Positions 7,846 through 16,919 are shown, counted from the stretch's first letter. The stretch: DNA of 64,000 bases from an uncultured Ruminococcus sp. (GCA_947627275.1 CANQVK010000014.1:666-64665); one strand, 5' to 3'. Made by a program: numbers and translations. Notes: a model not told the origin generated them from the sequence alone.

Positions 7846-8988
7846 ATGAAATTTTTGATTAAAGCGATACTTGTGCCTGTTTCAATGTTGTTCCTTTTTG
7901 CGTGCGGAAACAACGGTGATACGCTGAATGAGGAAAAAATCCAAACTCAGGGATATGTAAAGGCTGTATGTAATTTATACAATAACGGTCGTATTTATAA
8001 CGATCAAAAAGCCATGTATGTAGATTTTGATACGCTCGAATCCGTTCCCCTCTGCTCTAAACCCAATTGTAATCATACGAGTTCGGACTGCGTTGCAAAT
8101 ATGGTCGGACAATGCCCGATAGTATATAATAACTACGTTTATTATCTGACTTTCAAGCATGGAGTTAATGAAGTCGGAAACGGAAAAAGAGAGTTTTATA
8201 TAAATTCAAAACTTAACCGTGTTTCAATGGAAACATCTGAAATGGAAACTGTTAAAGAGTTTCATGATGGTGTTCCAATTATTGCAGACGGATATTATCT
8301 GAATGGGAATGAACTATATTTTATAAGTACTGATATGGGACCTGACGAAGACGAATACGGAAATATATCTGTATCTGATTTTGGCGGAACACAGTTTTTA
8401 TGCTGCATCAACCTTGATACCGGAGAATACATAAATTATGGAAGTGTTTATGAAGGTGATAAACAATACGAGGGAGCGTCTCATTCGCGTGCCGCTACTA
8501 TAATCGGCGCAAAAGATTCAAAATTATATATTTTTTACAGCTATCGTGAAAAGAATTATTCTGTGGAAGAATTGCAGAAAATGCAGGAATCAGGCGTTGA
8601 TATGCAGGATACTTTTACTGATCTGAATTTCGAGTTTGATATGAATACAAAAACACTGTCCGAAAGTGAGCTTCCAGCACTGTCATATGTGGACTCAGAT
8701 TCGTATGTTTATTATGATCATACAAAAGAAAAAGCAATAGTTTTTTATCGTGGAAATGAATATGAGCTTGATGCTGATACGAGATATAATACATCAGTTA
8801 TCAACGGAAAGTTATTTACGCAGGATACACAGAAATGGTACGAATTAAGCGATATGTCAGAACACGATATGGGAAAGTACGGTAATTTTAAAGCAATAGC
8901 GTATTATGACAACTGCTATATTCTTGCATATGAAAATCAAACCGTCAAACTCACCGAAGAAGAACTTTTGGCGCTTGACAAGGAGTGA
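7846..8988 (+). CDS. Lipoprotein paralog L5 (coupled to ABC ATPase)
   Basis: LFAC lipobox; LCSKPNCNHTSSDC; KLTEEELLALDKE; its 3' end carries the AGGAG RBS of the next gene. Confidence 0.85.
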   Translation: MKFLIKAILVPVSMLFLFACGNNGDTLNEEKIQTQGYVKAVCNLYNNGRIYNDQKAMYVDFDTLESVPLCSKPNCNHTSSDCVANMVGQCPIVYNNYVYYLTFKHGVNEVGNGKREFYINSKLNRVSMETSEMETVKEFHDGVPIIADGYYLNGNELYFISTDMGPDEDEYGNISVSDFGGTQFLCCINLDTGEYINYGSVYEGDKQYEGASHSRAATIIGAKDSKLYIFYSYREKNYSVEELQKMQESGVDMQDTFTDLNFEFDMNTKTLSESELPALSYVDSDSYVYYDHTKEKAIVFYRGNEYELDADTRYNTSVINGKLFTQDTQKWYELSDMSEHDMGKYGNFKAIAYYDNCYILAYENQTVKLTEEELLALDKE

Positions 8989-8993
8989 TGATC

Positions 8994-9734
8994 GTGAATA
9001 AGCTTGGATTGCAGAAGATAAACAAGCACTACGGCAAGAAAAAACATGCGCTATGCGACTTTACATTTGAATTTACCAACGGGATTTACGGACTTCTCGG
9101 ACCGAACGGAGCAGGCAAATCCACGCTTATGAACATTATTACGGATAATCTTCTCCCCGATAAGGACGGCGGAAAAATTTTCTGGAACGGCGAGGAAACG
9201 AGGCTTCTCAAAGATAAATTCCGCAGCCGATTAGGATTTATGCCTCAGCAGCAGAACCTCTATGAGAGCATGACTGCGCGGAAGTTTTTGAACTATATTG
9301 CTGCGCTGAAATGCCTTGATAAAAGGTCGGCTGAAAAGGAGATCTCCGAAATAGTAGAGCGTGTAGAGCTTACCGACAGCATTGACAAAAAAATGGGCGG
9401 ATTTTCGGGCGGAATGAAGCAGAGAGTGCTGATTGCCGCCGCGCTTCTGGGCGACCCCGACCTTATAATCCTTGACGAGCCGACGGCAGGTCTTGATCCG
9501 AAGCAGAGGGTAATAATCCGCAATATGGTTTCGGTTTTGGGCAGGGACAAAATAATCATTATTTCGACGCATATCGTCTCGGACATTGAAACGATAGCAA
9601 AGGAGGTACTTTTCATAAAAGAGGGGCATCTGATAGACAGCGGTACTATGCCCGACCTGACCGAAAAGGTCGAAAGCGGCGATAAGACCCTTGAAAACCT
9701 GTATATGCAGTACTACGGCGAGGTGCAGTCATGA
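8994..9734 (+). CDS. ABC transporter ATP-binding protein
   Basis: Walker A GPNGAGKST, signature FSGGMKQR, Walker B IILDEP, H-loop STH. GTG 8994 is best spaced from the RBS (alternatives 8985/8988). Confidence 0.95.
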   Translation: MNKLGLQKINKHYGKKKHALCDFTFEFTNGIYGLLGPNGAGKSTLMNIITDNLLPDKDGGKIFWNGEETRLLKDKFRSRLGFMPQQQNLYESMTARKFLNYIAALKCLDKRSAEKEISEIVERVELTDSIDKKMGGFSGGMKQRVLIAAALLGDPDLIILDEPTAGLDPKQRVIIRNMVSVLGRDKIIIISTHIVSDIETIAKEVLFIKEGHLIDSGTMPDLTEKVESGDKTLENLYMQYYGEVQS

Positions 9735-11902
9735 GAGTTTTGGCTACAGAACTTAAAAAGCTGCTGAGCAATAAAATTTTCCTGCTGATAATTGCCGCTG
9801 TTTTCGTTCTGAACGGCTATCTTATGTTCAGGACGGCGAACTCGGGCGACGCCAAGCCTGCGGACTACAAAGCCGTTTATGCGGAGCTTGAAGGTCTGAG
9901 CGATACCGAGAAGCTTCAATGGCTCAATGACAGGCTCGGTGAATTTGAGGGGCAGCATTCGTTCAGTTGGACGGTTTTAGGCGAGCTTCGTGATGAAGCC
10001 GCAAATATTGCGGGCTATTCGGACTATCTTGATTCTATAGATTCACAGGCGAGATCAATGACGAGCGTTTCGATTTTTGCAAAGCCCGACACTTTCAACT
10101 ACCGCAGCATTGTGAGAACTCCGCCCGCATATGACAAGGTACGTGACGTTGAGCCGATTTTTGACGTTTCAAAGGGAATCGCCCTTGCAACGGACAACAG
10201 CTTCACGGATATTTTGAGCGGCTTTATTGTGCTGTTTGCTGTTTTGGCGCTGATGATCTCCGACAGAGAGCAGGGAATGTCGGGACTTCTTTTTTCTTTA
10301 AGGCGGGGCCGCAGCTATTTGCTCCTGAGTAAAACAGGCGCGCTTGCAATTGCGATTTTCGGCGCTATATTGCTTATTTATGCCGAGAATCTCATAATAG
10401 CTTCTTGTCTGTACGGTCTGGGCGAGCTGTCAAGACCCGTTCAGTCTCTTAACGGATTTATCGGCTGTAATCTGAAAATAAGCGTTATTGGATATTTGAT
10501 CTTATACGTTCTGTTCAAGTTCATTGCAATGTTTGTGATCGGAGCGTTTCTTTCGCTTATTGCGGTGAATACTAAAAATATCGTATCTTTTTACGGCATA
10601 TCGGCAGTTATCCTGATTGCGGAGGGCGTTGCCTATGCGAAGATACATCCGCTGTCGATATACAGTATTTTCAGATATATCAATCTTATTTCGTTTACAA
10701 AGGTCAACGAGATATTCTGCAATTACAAAAACATAAATTTTTGGGAATATCCCGTTCCGCTGATACCGACTTCTATTGGCGCAGTACTTGTCATCGCTGC
10801 GATATGCGTTGTGTTGTCATCGTATATGTACGCAAAGAAACGTAATCTTGAATTCAGAAAAATCGGATTCAAATTCAGGTTCGGGAAAGGAAATAAAATT
10901 CATTCCAGACTTTATTATACGCTTTACAAGTCGCTCATAATGCAAAAGGGAATATTTATTATCGCCGTTTTTATTGTGGTATCTGTATTTATGGGTGAAG
11001 CCTTTATCAAAAAATACGACCCCATCGACGTCTATTACGAATATTATACGACTGAAACAGAGGGCGAAATTACGCAGGAAACCATTGATTTCTACGACAG
11101 TGAAGCTATCAGGTTCGATGAGCTTAACGCGCGTCTGGAAAATCCCGATATTACCTCTGAGGAGGAAAGAGAAATTTATAAGCAGCTTGCGCCGACAATG
11201 GGATTTTATCCGTCGTATGAACGCCTGAATCAAATCAAGGACATCGAAAACGCGCATATTTTTTACGATACGGGATATAAACGCGCGTTTGGAATAAACG
11301 GTTATGACGATGATATGAAATACGCATTTGCGGCGATACTGCTTTGTCTGTTTCTGATCTCTCCGCTGATAGCCAATGACAATAAATATCGGATGAAATC
11401 GGTTATCAATTCTACAAGCTCAGGCAGAAAAAGTTATATCCGCAGAAATATTTTAACGGCTGCGCTGTATGGATTTGCGGCGTCGCTTCTGTGGATAATT
11501 CCCTATATGGTCACTATTTCCCGATATTACGGACACGGCGGACTTTCGGCTTCGATACGCAGTATCACTGATCTTATAAATTTTCCTCTGAACATCAGCG
11601 TATTGCAGTATATAATTCTTATATGCCTGCTGAGAACAGTTTCCGTACTTTTTACAGCTATGATAATGCTCTGGGTATCTTCGATGTGCAGGAATGTAAT
11701 TTCGGCTGTGCTTATTAATTTCGCCGTATTTGCTCTGCCGATCATAATTTATTTGCTCGGTGCGGAATTTATGGCGAATATCGGATTTAATCCTCTGCTA
11801 AGCGTTAATGTTATGTTAAATGAATTTTCAATTGTGCAGATCATGATACCGCTAATTGGCGTAATTGCAGTTATGATCTGTGAAATTCAAAATAGAAAGT
11901 GA
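9731..11902 (+). CDS. Large ABC-2-like exporter permease with two similar halves and extracellular loops
   Basis: ATGA overlap with the ATPase; many TM segments; repeated motifs SDREQGMSGLLFSLRRGR / NDNKYRMKSVINSTSSGR. Confidence 0.85.
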   Translation: MRVLATELKKLLSNKIFLLIIAAVFVLNGYLMFRTANSGDAKPADYKAVYAELEGLSDTEKLQWLNDRLGEFEGQHSFSWTVLGELRDEAANIAGYSDYLDSIDSQARSMTSVSIFAKPDTFNYRSIVRTPPAYDKVRDVEPIFDVSKGIALATDNSFTDILSGFIVLFAVLALMISDREQGMSGLLFSLRRGRSYLLLSKTGALAIAIFGAILLIYAENLIIASCLYGLGELSRPVQSLNGFIGCNLKISVIGYLILYVLFKFIAMFVIGAFLSLIAVNTKNIVSFYGISAVILIAEGVAYAKIHPLSIYSIFRYINLISFTKVNEIFCNYKNINFWEYPVPLIPTSIGAVLVIAAICVVLSSYMYAKKRNLEFRKIGFKFRFGKGNKIHSRLYYTLYKSLIMQKGIFIIAVFIVVSVFMGEAFIKKYDPIDVYYEYYTTETEGEITQETIDFYDSEAIRFDELNARLENPDITSEEEREIYKQLAPTMGFYPSYERLNQIKDIENAHIFYDTGYKRAFGINGYDDDMKYAFAAILLCLFLISPLIANDNKYRMKSVINSTSSGRKSYIRRNILTAALYGFAASLLWIIPYMVTISRYYGHGGLSASIRSITDLINFPLNISVLQYIILICLLRTVSVLFTAMIMLWVSSMCRNVISAVLINFAVFALPIIIYLLGAEFMANIGFNPLLSVNVMLNEFSIVQIMIPLIGVIAVMICEIQNRK

Positions 11903-11907
11903 GAGAC

Positions 11908-12675
11908 ATGAAGAAAAAAATTATATCAGCAGTGTGTATACTGTTGGCTATGAATTTAATTAGCTGTGGAAGCTGGGCAGATCCATATCCGATAGATTAT
12001 TCGGCAAAGGACAATCTTGCGATAGAGTATATGAATGGAAAATATGGTGAAAATTTTAACATTTCCGTAGGCACGATAAGTGAGCATACATGGGCTCCAA
12101 TGGAAGAACCTTTCAGCGTATATTACTATACAATGGTAAGTCCTGAGGGTGCGGCAGAGGATGAAAAATATTACGTCTATTCCGATGACAACGAAACTCA
12201 TGAAGAGTCATGGATAGTCGGCGATGGCTATATGATGAACATTGTTGAGCCGTATATCAGACAGTTTGTTGAGGAATCTCTGAAAGAACACGCTCCCTGT
12301 GCTGATACGTATTTCATTATATGGGGGGCGGGAAGTGCAGATATTCGTGAACAAACGACATTATTTACAAGCACTTTCTGCTTCAGTCCTGATTTTCCTG
12401 TTATCTCATCATACGATGAGTTTTTAGAGGAAGCGAAAAATGTTTACCTTGATTTGTGTATATTTGTACCTGATTCCGAGCAGAATATTGATTCTGTAGC
12501 TCAGGACTGGCAGGAATGGCGAGAATATATGTATGGTAACTTTAATGAAGGGATAAATCTTTGGTTGGAAACTGTCGAGGACGAGAGCTTTTTCGGGGCG
12601 GATGATACGTTACCGGATAAACACTTGAATTTTAAAACAACACATACAATAAACCTAAAGGATTGGAGAGAATAA
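11908..12675 (+). CDS. Acidic lipoprotein of unknown function (unrelated to L1-L5)
   Basis: MKKKIISAVCILLAMNLISC lipobox; AIEYMNGKYGENF N-terminal motif. Confidence 0.75.
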   Translation: MKKKIISAVCILLAMNLISCGSWADPYPIDYSAKDNLAIEYMNGKYGENFNISVGTISEHTWAPMEEPFSVYYYTMVSPEGAAEDEKYYVYSDDNETHEESWIVGDGYMMNIVEPYIRQFVEESLKEHAPCADTYFIIWGAGSADIREQTTLFTSTFCFSPDFPVISSYDEFLEEAKNVYLDLCIFVPDSEQNIDSVAQDWQEWREYMYGNFNEGINLWLETVEDESFFGADDTLPDKHLNFKTTHTINLKDWRE

Positions 12676-12711
12676 AATGAGCAGAGAAAACAACATTGAT
12701 TTAGATGAAAT

Positions 12712-12807
12712 AATGTTATGTTAAATGAATTTACGCCGGTGCAGATTGCGATCCCTGCATTGGCATTGGTAGGTTTTGCCGTCAGGAAAAAACTTTATAA
12801 ATTATAG
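12712..12807 (+). pseudogene. Orphan alternative C-terminus of the ABC permease
   Basis: 12711-12732 is identical to 11806-11827; reads NVMLNEFTPVQIAIPALALVGFAVRKKLYKL* versus permease NVMLNEFSIVQIMIPLIGVIAVMICEIQNRK*. Confidence 0.8.
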
Positions 12808-12836
12808 TGAACGTAAAAATAAATTTTACGTTCGCT

Positions 12837-12885
12837 ATAGACCTCCTCGGAAATCGGAGAAGCGCTGGATTCCGAGGAGGTCTAT
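12837..12885. terminator. Strong hairpin closing the accessory locus
   Basis: ATAGACCTCCTCGGAA / TTCCGAGGAGGTCTAT 16-bp inverted repeat; a second hairpin lies at 12808-12835. Confidence 0.6.
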
Positions 12886-13003
12886 TGAATTTCCTGCAAA
12901 GCGAAAGCGTCCCCTGCTAAAGTTGACGGTCAAAGCTGGACAAATAAAAAAAAATGTGGTATAATAATTTCTGCAATAAAAAATCAAAGCAGAGGTAAAA
13001 AAT

Positions 13004-14155
13004 ATGAACAAAAAAGAGACAGCAGAGATAAAGAAGAACTTTTCGGATAAAAGCGGATTTTTCATTATGGACAGAGTTCTTACGGGCTTTGTGGACGCAG
13101 AAAAAAACGTCCGCTACTATAAAACGTCGTCGTGTCTGACGATGCCTGTTGAGGAGCATGACGTATACGATGAAACGCTGAAAAAAGTCCTCAACACAAA
13201 CGTGGGAAAGAATTTCTGCGAATATCAGTTTCCAAACGAAGCCTACGAGGAGGGACAGCCGCAGGAGATACTTTACAGTCTGCTCCGTTCTGAGCTTAAG
13301 GACGACATTATCTGCGAGAATTTCATGAATCATATAGCGAACAATTTCAGTCACGAAGGGCCGTATGCGGTCATTACGGCATATTGTACATACACTATCC
13401 GCCGCAAGGACAAAAACGACGAGTTTGCGGAGGGCGAGGACGAGCTTTACCGCTATCTGCTCACAGCGCTCTGTCCCGTGAATACAGGCAGCGACGGCTT
13501 TGTTTTCGACAGCTTCAATAACGAGATAACAAAGAAAGTAAACACCGAACTTATCATCAGCAAAGCGCCCTCCGAGGGATTTTTGTATCCTGTTTTCAGC
13601 AACAGAAGCTCCGATATAAACCATGTAATGTGTTATATGAAGTCCGCCTCAAAGCCGAATATTTCGCTTGTTGAGAACGTTCTGGGCTGTACGTTCGTGA
13701 TGTCTGCGGATAACGAAAAGGCAAGCTTTCAAAATATTCTTAAGGGCGTTGTAGGCGACGATCTGGACTATATGGTCATAAAGACCGTAAATGAAAAGCT
13801 ACAGGAGGTAGTTGAGGAAAATAAGGACGATACGGACAAAACAGTCATTGACAATTCCAAGCTTAAGGGTATTCTTACCGATATAGGGATCCCACAGGAG
13901 CGTGTAGAGATGACGGACCCTGTGTACGAGAAATTCTGCGGAGACGCGCCGCTTACCGTGAGCAATCTTATCGAGACGAAAACGGTGCTGACTTCTCCCG
14001 GAATAACCGTGAATATCAAGCCGTCGGCAGCCGATAAGGTGCGTACAAGCGTGGTAAACGGACGGCGATGTCTGCTTATAGATCTTGACGACCCCACCAT
14101 TGAAATAAACGGTCTGCCTGTCAGACTGGAGGAGAAAAAGGAGGTCATGGCATAG
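13004..14155 (+). CDS. DUF4317 family protein
   Basis: MNKKETAEIKKNF start and FLYPVFSNRSSDINH motif recognised as typical of this Clostridia family; RBS GAGGT. Confidence 0.8.
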   Translation: MNKKETAEIKKNFSDKSGFFIMDRVLTGFVDAEKNVRYYKTSSCLTMPVEEHDVYDETLKKVLNTNVGKNFCEYQFPNEAYEEGQPQEILYSLLRSELKDDIICENFMNHIANNFSHEGPYAVITAYCTYTIRRKDKNDEFAEGEDELYRYLLTALCPVNTGSDGFVFDSFNNEITKKVNTELIISKAPSEGFLYPVFSNRSSDINHVMCYMKSASKPNISLVENVLGCTFVMSADNEKASFQNILKGVVGDDLDYMVIKTVNEKLQEVVEENKDDTDKTVIDNSKLKGILTDIGIPQERVEMTDPVYEKFCGDAPLTVSNLIETKTVLTSPGITVNIKPSAADKVRTSVVNGRRCLLIDLDDPTIEINGLPVRLEEKKEVMA

Positions 14156-14173
14156 AAACGCCTATCATCGTTA

Positions 14174-14334
14174 AGAGCCTGTTTAGTATCTCGGCGTGTG
14201 CGAATTTTCGAGCATAATTTTGCCGAATACAAGTCAAAAATCCACAGGCATATTGTCATATGGCAAGGATTTTTAACGCAGTAATCGGAAAATTTGCTGA
14301 AAATACGTGCGTGAGGAGATACTAAACAGGCTCT
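14174..14334. mobile_element. MITE-like element, copy C
   Basis: Perfect 18-bp terminal inverted repeats AGAGCCTGTTTAGTATCT / AGATACTAAACAGGCTCT; core CAGGCATA..TATGGCAAGGATTTTTAACGCAG. Confidence 0.75.
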
Positions 14335-14422
14335 AAAACAGGGGGACAAAGCCCCCCTGACAAATTAACGATATTGGGCAGGCACGCAGTATTGCGAGGT
14401 CTGCCGTGTTTCTTTTGACGAT

Positions 14423-15679
14423 ATGCAGAAGATAAAGGATATTTTTCACAGCGAGCATTTGAAAGAGATAAGATTTTTTTTCAAATGGCTGTTTATAGGC
14501 TCGGTCATGGGAGTTCTTATAGGACTTACGGGCGCTTTATTTCATTTCTGCTCCGGCGAGGCGGAGAGCTTCCGGACAGAACACACATGGCTGATATTTC
14601 TGCTTCCTGCTGCCGGAGCGGCGATAGCCTGCTTGTACGACGTACTCAATTACAGCCATGATAAAGGAACTAACCTTGTGCTTTTAGCCGTCCGCGACAA
14701 TAAAATAATGGGAATACGCCATGCCGTGTGTATTTTCATAGCGACTGTGCTTACCCATTTATGCGGCGGTTCAAGCGGACGAGAGGGTGCGTCACTGCAA
14801 ATCGGGGCGGCGCTCGGTTCGTTTACGGGACGTAAGCTGAAATTCAACGACGATGATAAGCGGATAATGACAATGTGCAGCATGAGCGCAATGTTTGCGG
14901 CGGTTTTTGGTACTCCCGTAACAGCTGCCATTTTTTCTATGGAAGTGGTCAGCGTTGGAATTTTCTACTACTCGGCAATAGTTCCATGCGTTACGGCTGC
15001 GCTGACAGCGGGATATATTTCATCGCTTTTCGGAAATACCCATATACAGGTAAGTGTAAATATGCCTGATGCAGACCCTTTGCTGTATCTGAAAGTCGTG
15101 CTTATAGGAGCTGTATGCGCCGGTATCAGCGTGCTTTTCTGTGTACTTCTGGGCGGTACGAGTAAGCTTTTCAAAAAAATCAAAAACCACGCTCTGAGGG
15201 CGGCGGCAGGCGGCGTTATCGTAGTTCTGCTGACCGTGATCGAGGGCAGCGGCATGTACAACGGAACGGGCGGAGCGGCAATAATCTCGGCATTTGTCAA
15301 AAGTCCGTTCTTTGCGGCGTTCATTATAAAAATGCTGTTTACGGCAGTCACTCTCGGTTCGGGCTTCAAGGGCGGAGAAATATTTCCCGTGTTTTTTATC
15401 GGTTCGTCTTTCGGGAGCGTTTTTGCGCCGCTGCTGGGGCTGGACTGTTCTGTTGGAGCGTCAGTCGGCATGGCTGCGCTTTTCTGCGGCGTTACAAACT
15501 GTCCCGTTGCTTCGATACTGTTGAGTATCGAGCTTTTCGGCAGCGAGGGCATCGGAGTTTACGTGCTTGCCTGTGCGGTGAGCTACATGCTTTCGGGTTA
15601 CAGAGGTCTGTACAGCGAGCAGAAAATATTGTACTCAAAAATCAAAACCAAGTATATAAATAAACGCATCGGCGGATAA
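14423..15679 (+). CDS. ClC/EriC chloride channel family protein
   Basis: GSSGREGA and GFKGGEIFP selectivity-filter motifs; multiple TM helices. Confidence 0.92.
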   Translation: MQKIKDIFHSEHLKEIRFFFKWLFIGSVMGVLIGLTGALFHFCSGEAESFRTEHTWLIFLLPAAGAAIACLYDVLNYSHDKGTNLVLLAVRDNKIMGIRHAVCIFIATVLTHLCGGSSGREGASLQIGAALGSFTGRKLKFNDDDKRIMTMCSMSAMFAAVFGTPVTAAIFSMEVVSVGIFYYSAIVPCVTAALTAGYISSLFGNTHIQVSVNMPDADPLLYLKVVLIGAVCAGISVLFCVLLGGTSKLFKKIKNHALRAAAGGVIVVLLTVIEGSGMYNGTGGAAIISAFVKSPFFAAFIIKMLFTAVTLGSGFKGGEIFPVFFIGSSFGSVFAPLLGLDCSVGASVGMAALFCGVTNCPVASILLSIELFGSEGIGVYVLACAVSYMLSGYRGLYSEQKILYSKIKTKYINKRIGG

Positions 15680-15745
15680 CGTCGTCAACTTATATGGGAA
15701 AAGAACTCTCATAAGTTGATGACGTTGCAGTTCCCTGCAAAGCTG

Positions 15746-16138
15746 TTACATAAGATTTTTAGGTCTTGAGGAATTAACGCCTGCAATACCGCCGACAGCG
15801 CCTGCTGCTGCGAGTAACATCAGTTTCCTGAGATCGGTAAATTCCCCGATTGCGACGGACGCCGAAAGCAGAACGGCGTATATGACCGCGCCGCATATTG
15901 CGCCGTCGATCATTCCACGCCGTCTGCGGTAACGTCCGCATAAATGACCGCTGAAATAGCCGCTTATGAACAGCGTCAGCAGATTGAAAAGCTTACCGAA
16001 CATCATACCCTTAAATACTAAAAAAGACACCGCAGAGAATAAAACGCACCCTGCAAGTCCGCATAGTATTCCAAAAAATATAGGTATGCCGAAGCTCAGA
16101 AAAGTATTTTCCCATATGCTTTTTCTGTAATGACCCAT
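15746..16138 (-). CDS. TIGR04086-like small membrane protein
   Basis: Four Gly-rich TM segments, GRYRRRRGMIDG loop, AGAVGGIAGVN end; GGAGG RBS before ATG 16138. Confidence 0.7.
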   Translation of the reverse strand: MGHYRKSIWENTFLSFGIPIFFGILCGLAGCVLFSAVSFLVFKGMMFGKLFNLLTLFISGYFSGHLCGRYRRRRGMIDGAICGAVIYAVLLSASVAIGEFTDLRKLMLLAAAGAVGGIAGVNSSRPKNLM

Positions 16139-16190
16139 AAAAAGCCTCCACATAATATTTACTTAATATTATGCGGAGGCTTGTTTTTTT
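16139..16190 (-). terminator. yajC terminator overlapping the RBS of the downstream gene
   Basis: Minus-strand hairpin AAGCCTCCGCATAATATT / AATATTATGTGGAGGCTT followed by a T run and then ATG. Confidence 0.6.
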
Positions 16191-16716
16191 ATTCGTTTTC
16201 GGAGGGATCGGCGTCCTCGGCTTTCTTGGATTTTTTTGATTTCTTCTTGTCGCTGTCGTCGGTAACTCCTGCCGCTGCAAGAGGCGATTTTGTTTTGGAC
16301 TGCGCTTCCTTTGCTCTTTCGGCAGCCGAAACGTTTTCGGCAACAGCCCATTTTTTGATCCTCAGCTTGTGACGTTCGCCGCCTGTTTCTATAACTATAG
16401 TGTCGTCGCCGATGCGGAATACCATTCCGACAATACCGCCGCTGGTGATGATCTCATCGCCGACCTGCAAGCTGTTCTGCATGTTTTTGGTTTCCTGATC
16501 GCGTTTTTTCTGCGGTCTTATAGCCATAAAGTAGAGTAGCACGAACATAAGCACAAGGGGGATGACCAAGGTCATTATCGGGTTGCCGGCAGCCTGCTGA
16601 TTTCCCGAATCTGAAGCGGCGGCTTCGCCCTCTGCGAATGCGTTCATTGCATAAGCTCCTGCCGACATCATCGTAATGATCGCTGTTACGAGAATATACG
16701 CTGTTTTTCTTTTCAT
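16189..16716 (-). CDS. yajC: Preprotein translocase subunit YajC (N-terminal extension)
   Basis: YFMAIRPQKKR...LQVGDEIITSGGIVG motif; AAGGAG RBS before ATG 16716. Confidence 0.92.
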   Translation of the reverse strand: MKRKTAYILVTAIITMMSAGAYAMNAFAEGEAAASDSGNQQAAGNPIMTLVIPLVLMFVLLYFMAIRPQKKRDQETKNMQNSLQVGDEIITSGGIVGMVFRIGDDTIVIETGGERHKLRIKKWAVAENVSAAERAKEAQSKTKSPLAAAGVTDDSDKKKSKKSKKAEDADPSENE

Positions 16717-16889
16717 AAAGCTTCTCCTTTTTTTCCGATAAAACTGTTTAAGAATTTTTGAACAGGTCTTATAATAACTAAAATTCATTATACCATATAC
16801 AGGGAAAAAATGCAAGCTTTTTTTAAAATTATTTTATCTCTCCCGCACGAAAATCAATTTTCAAAATATATTCAGTAAAATTTTCTAAA

Positions 16890-16919
16890 TGTAGGGACAC
16901 GGCACGCCGTGTCCCTACA
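16890..16919. repeat. REP-like palindrome with GTAG end
   Basis: TGTAGGGACACGG-CACG-CCGTGTCCCTACA perfect 13-bp arms. Confidence 0.7.

Noticed and set aside
1374-8988. Repeated AAACTCACCGAAGAAGAACTTCTTGC sequences as a CRISPR-like array or DGR variable repeat
   Set aside because: Copies are 1.3-3 kb apart at gene ends, with no spacer periodicity, no cas genes, no reverse transcriptase and no adenine-specific mismatch pattern.
12917-13624. 235-aa minus-strand ORF
   Set aside because: Antisense shadow of the DUF4317 gene; no motif or RBS.
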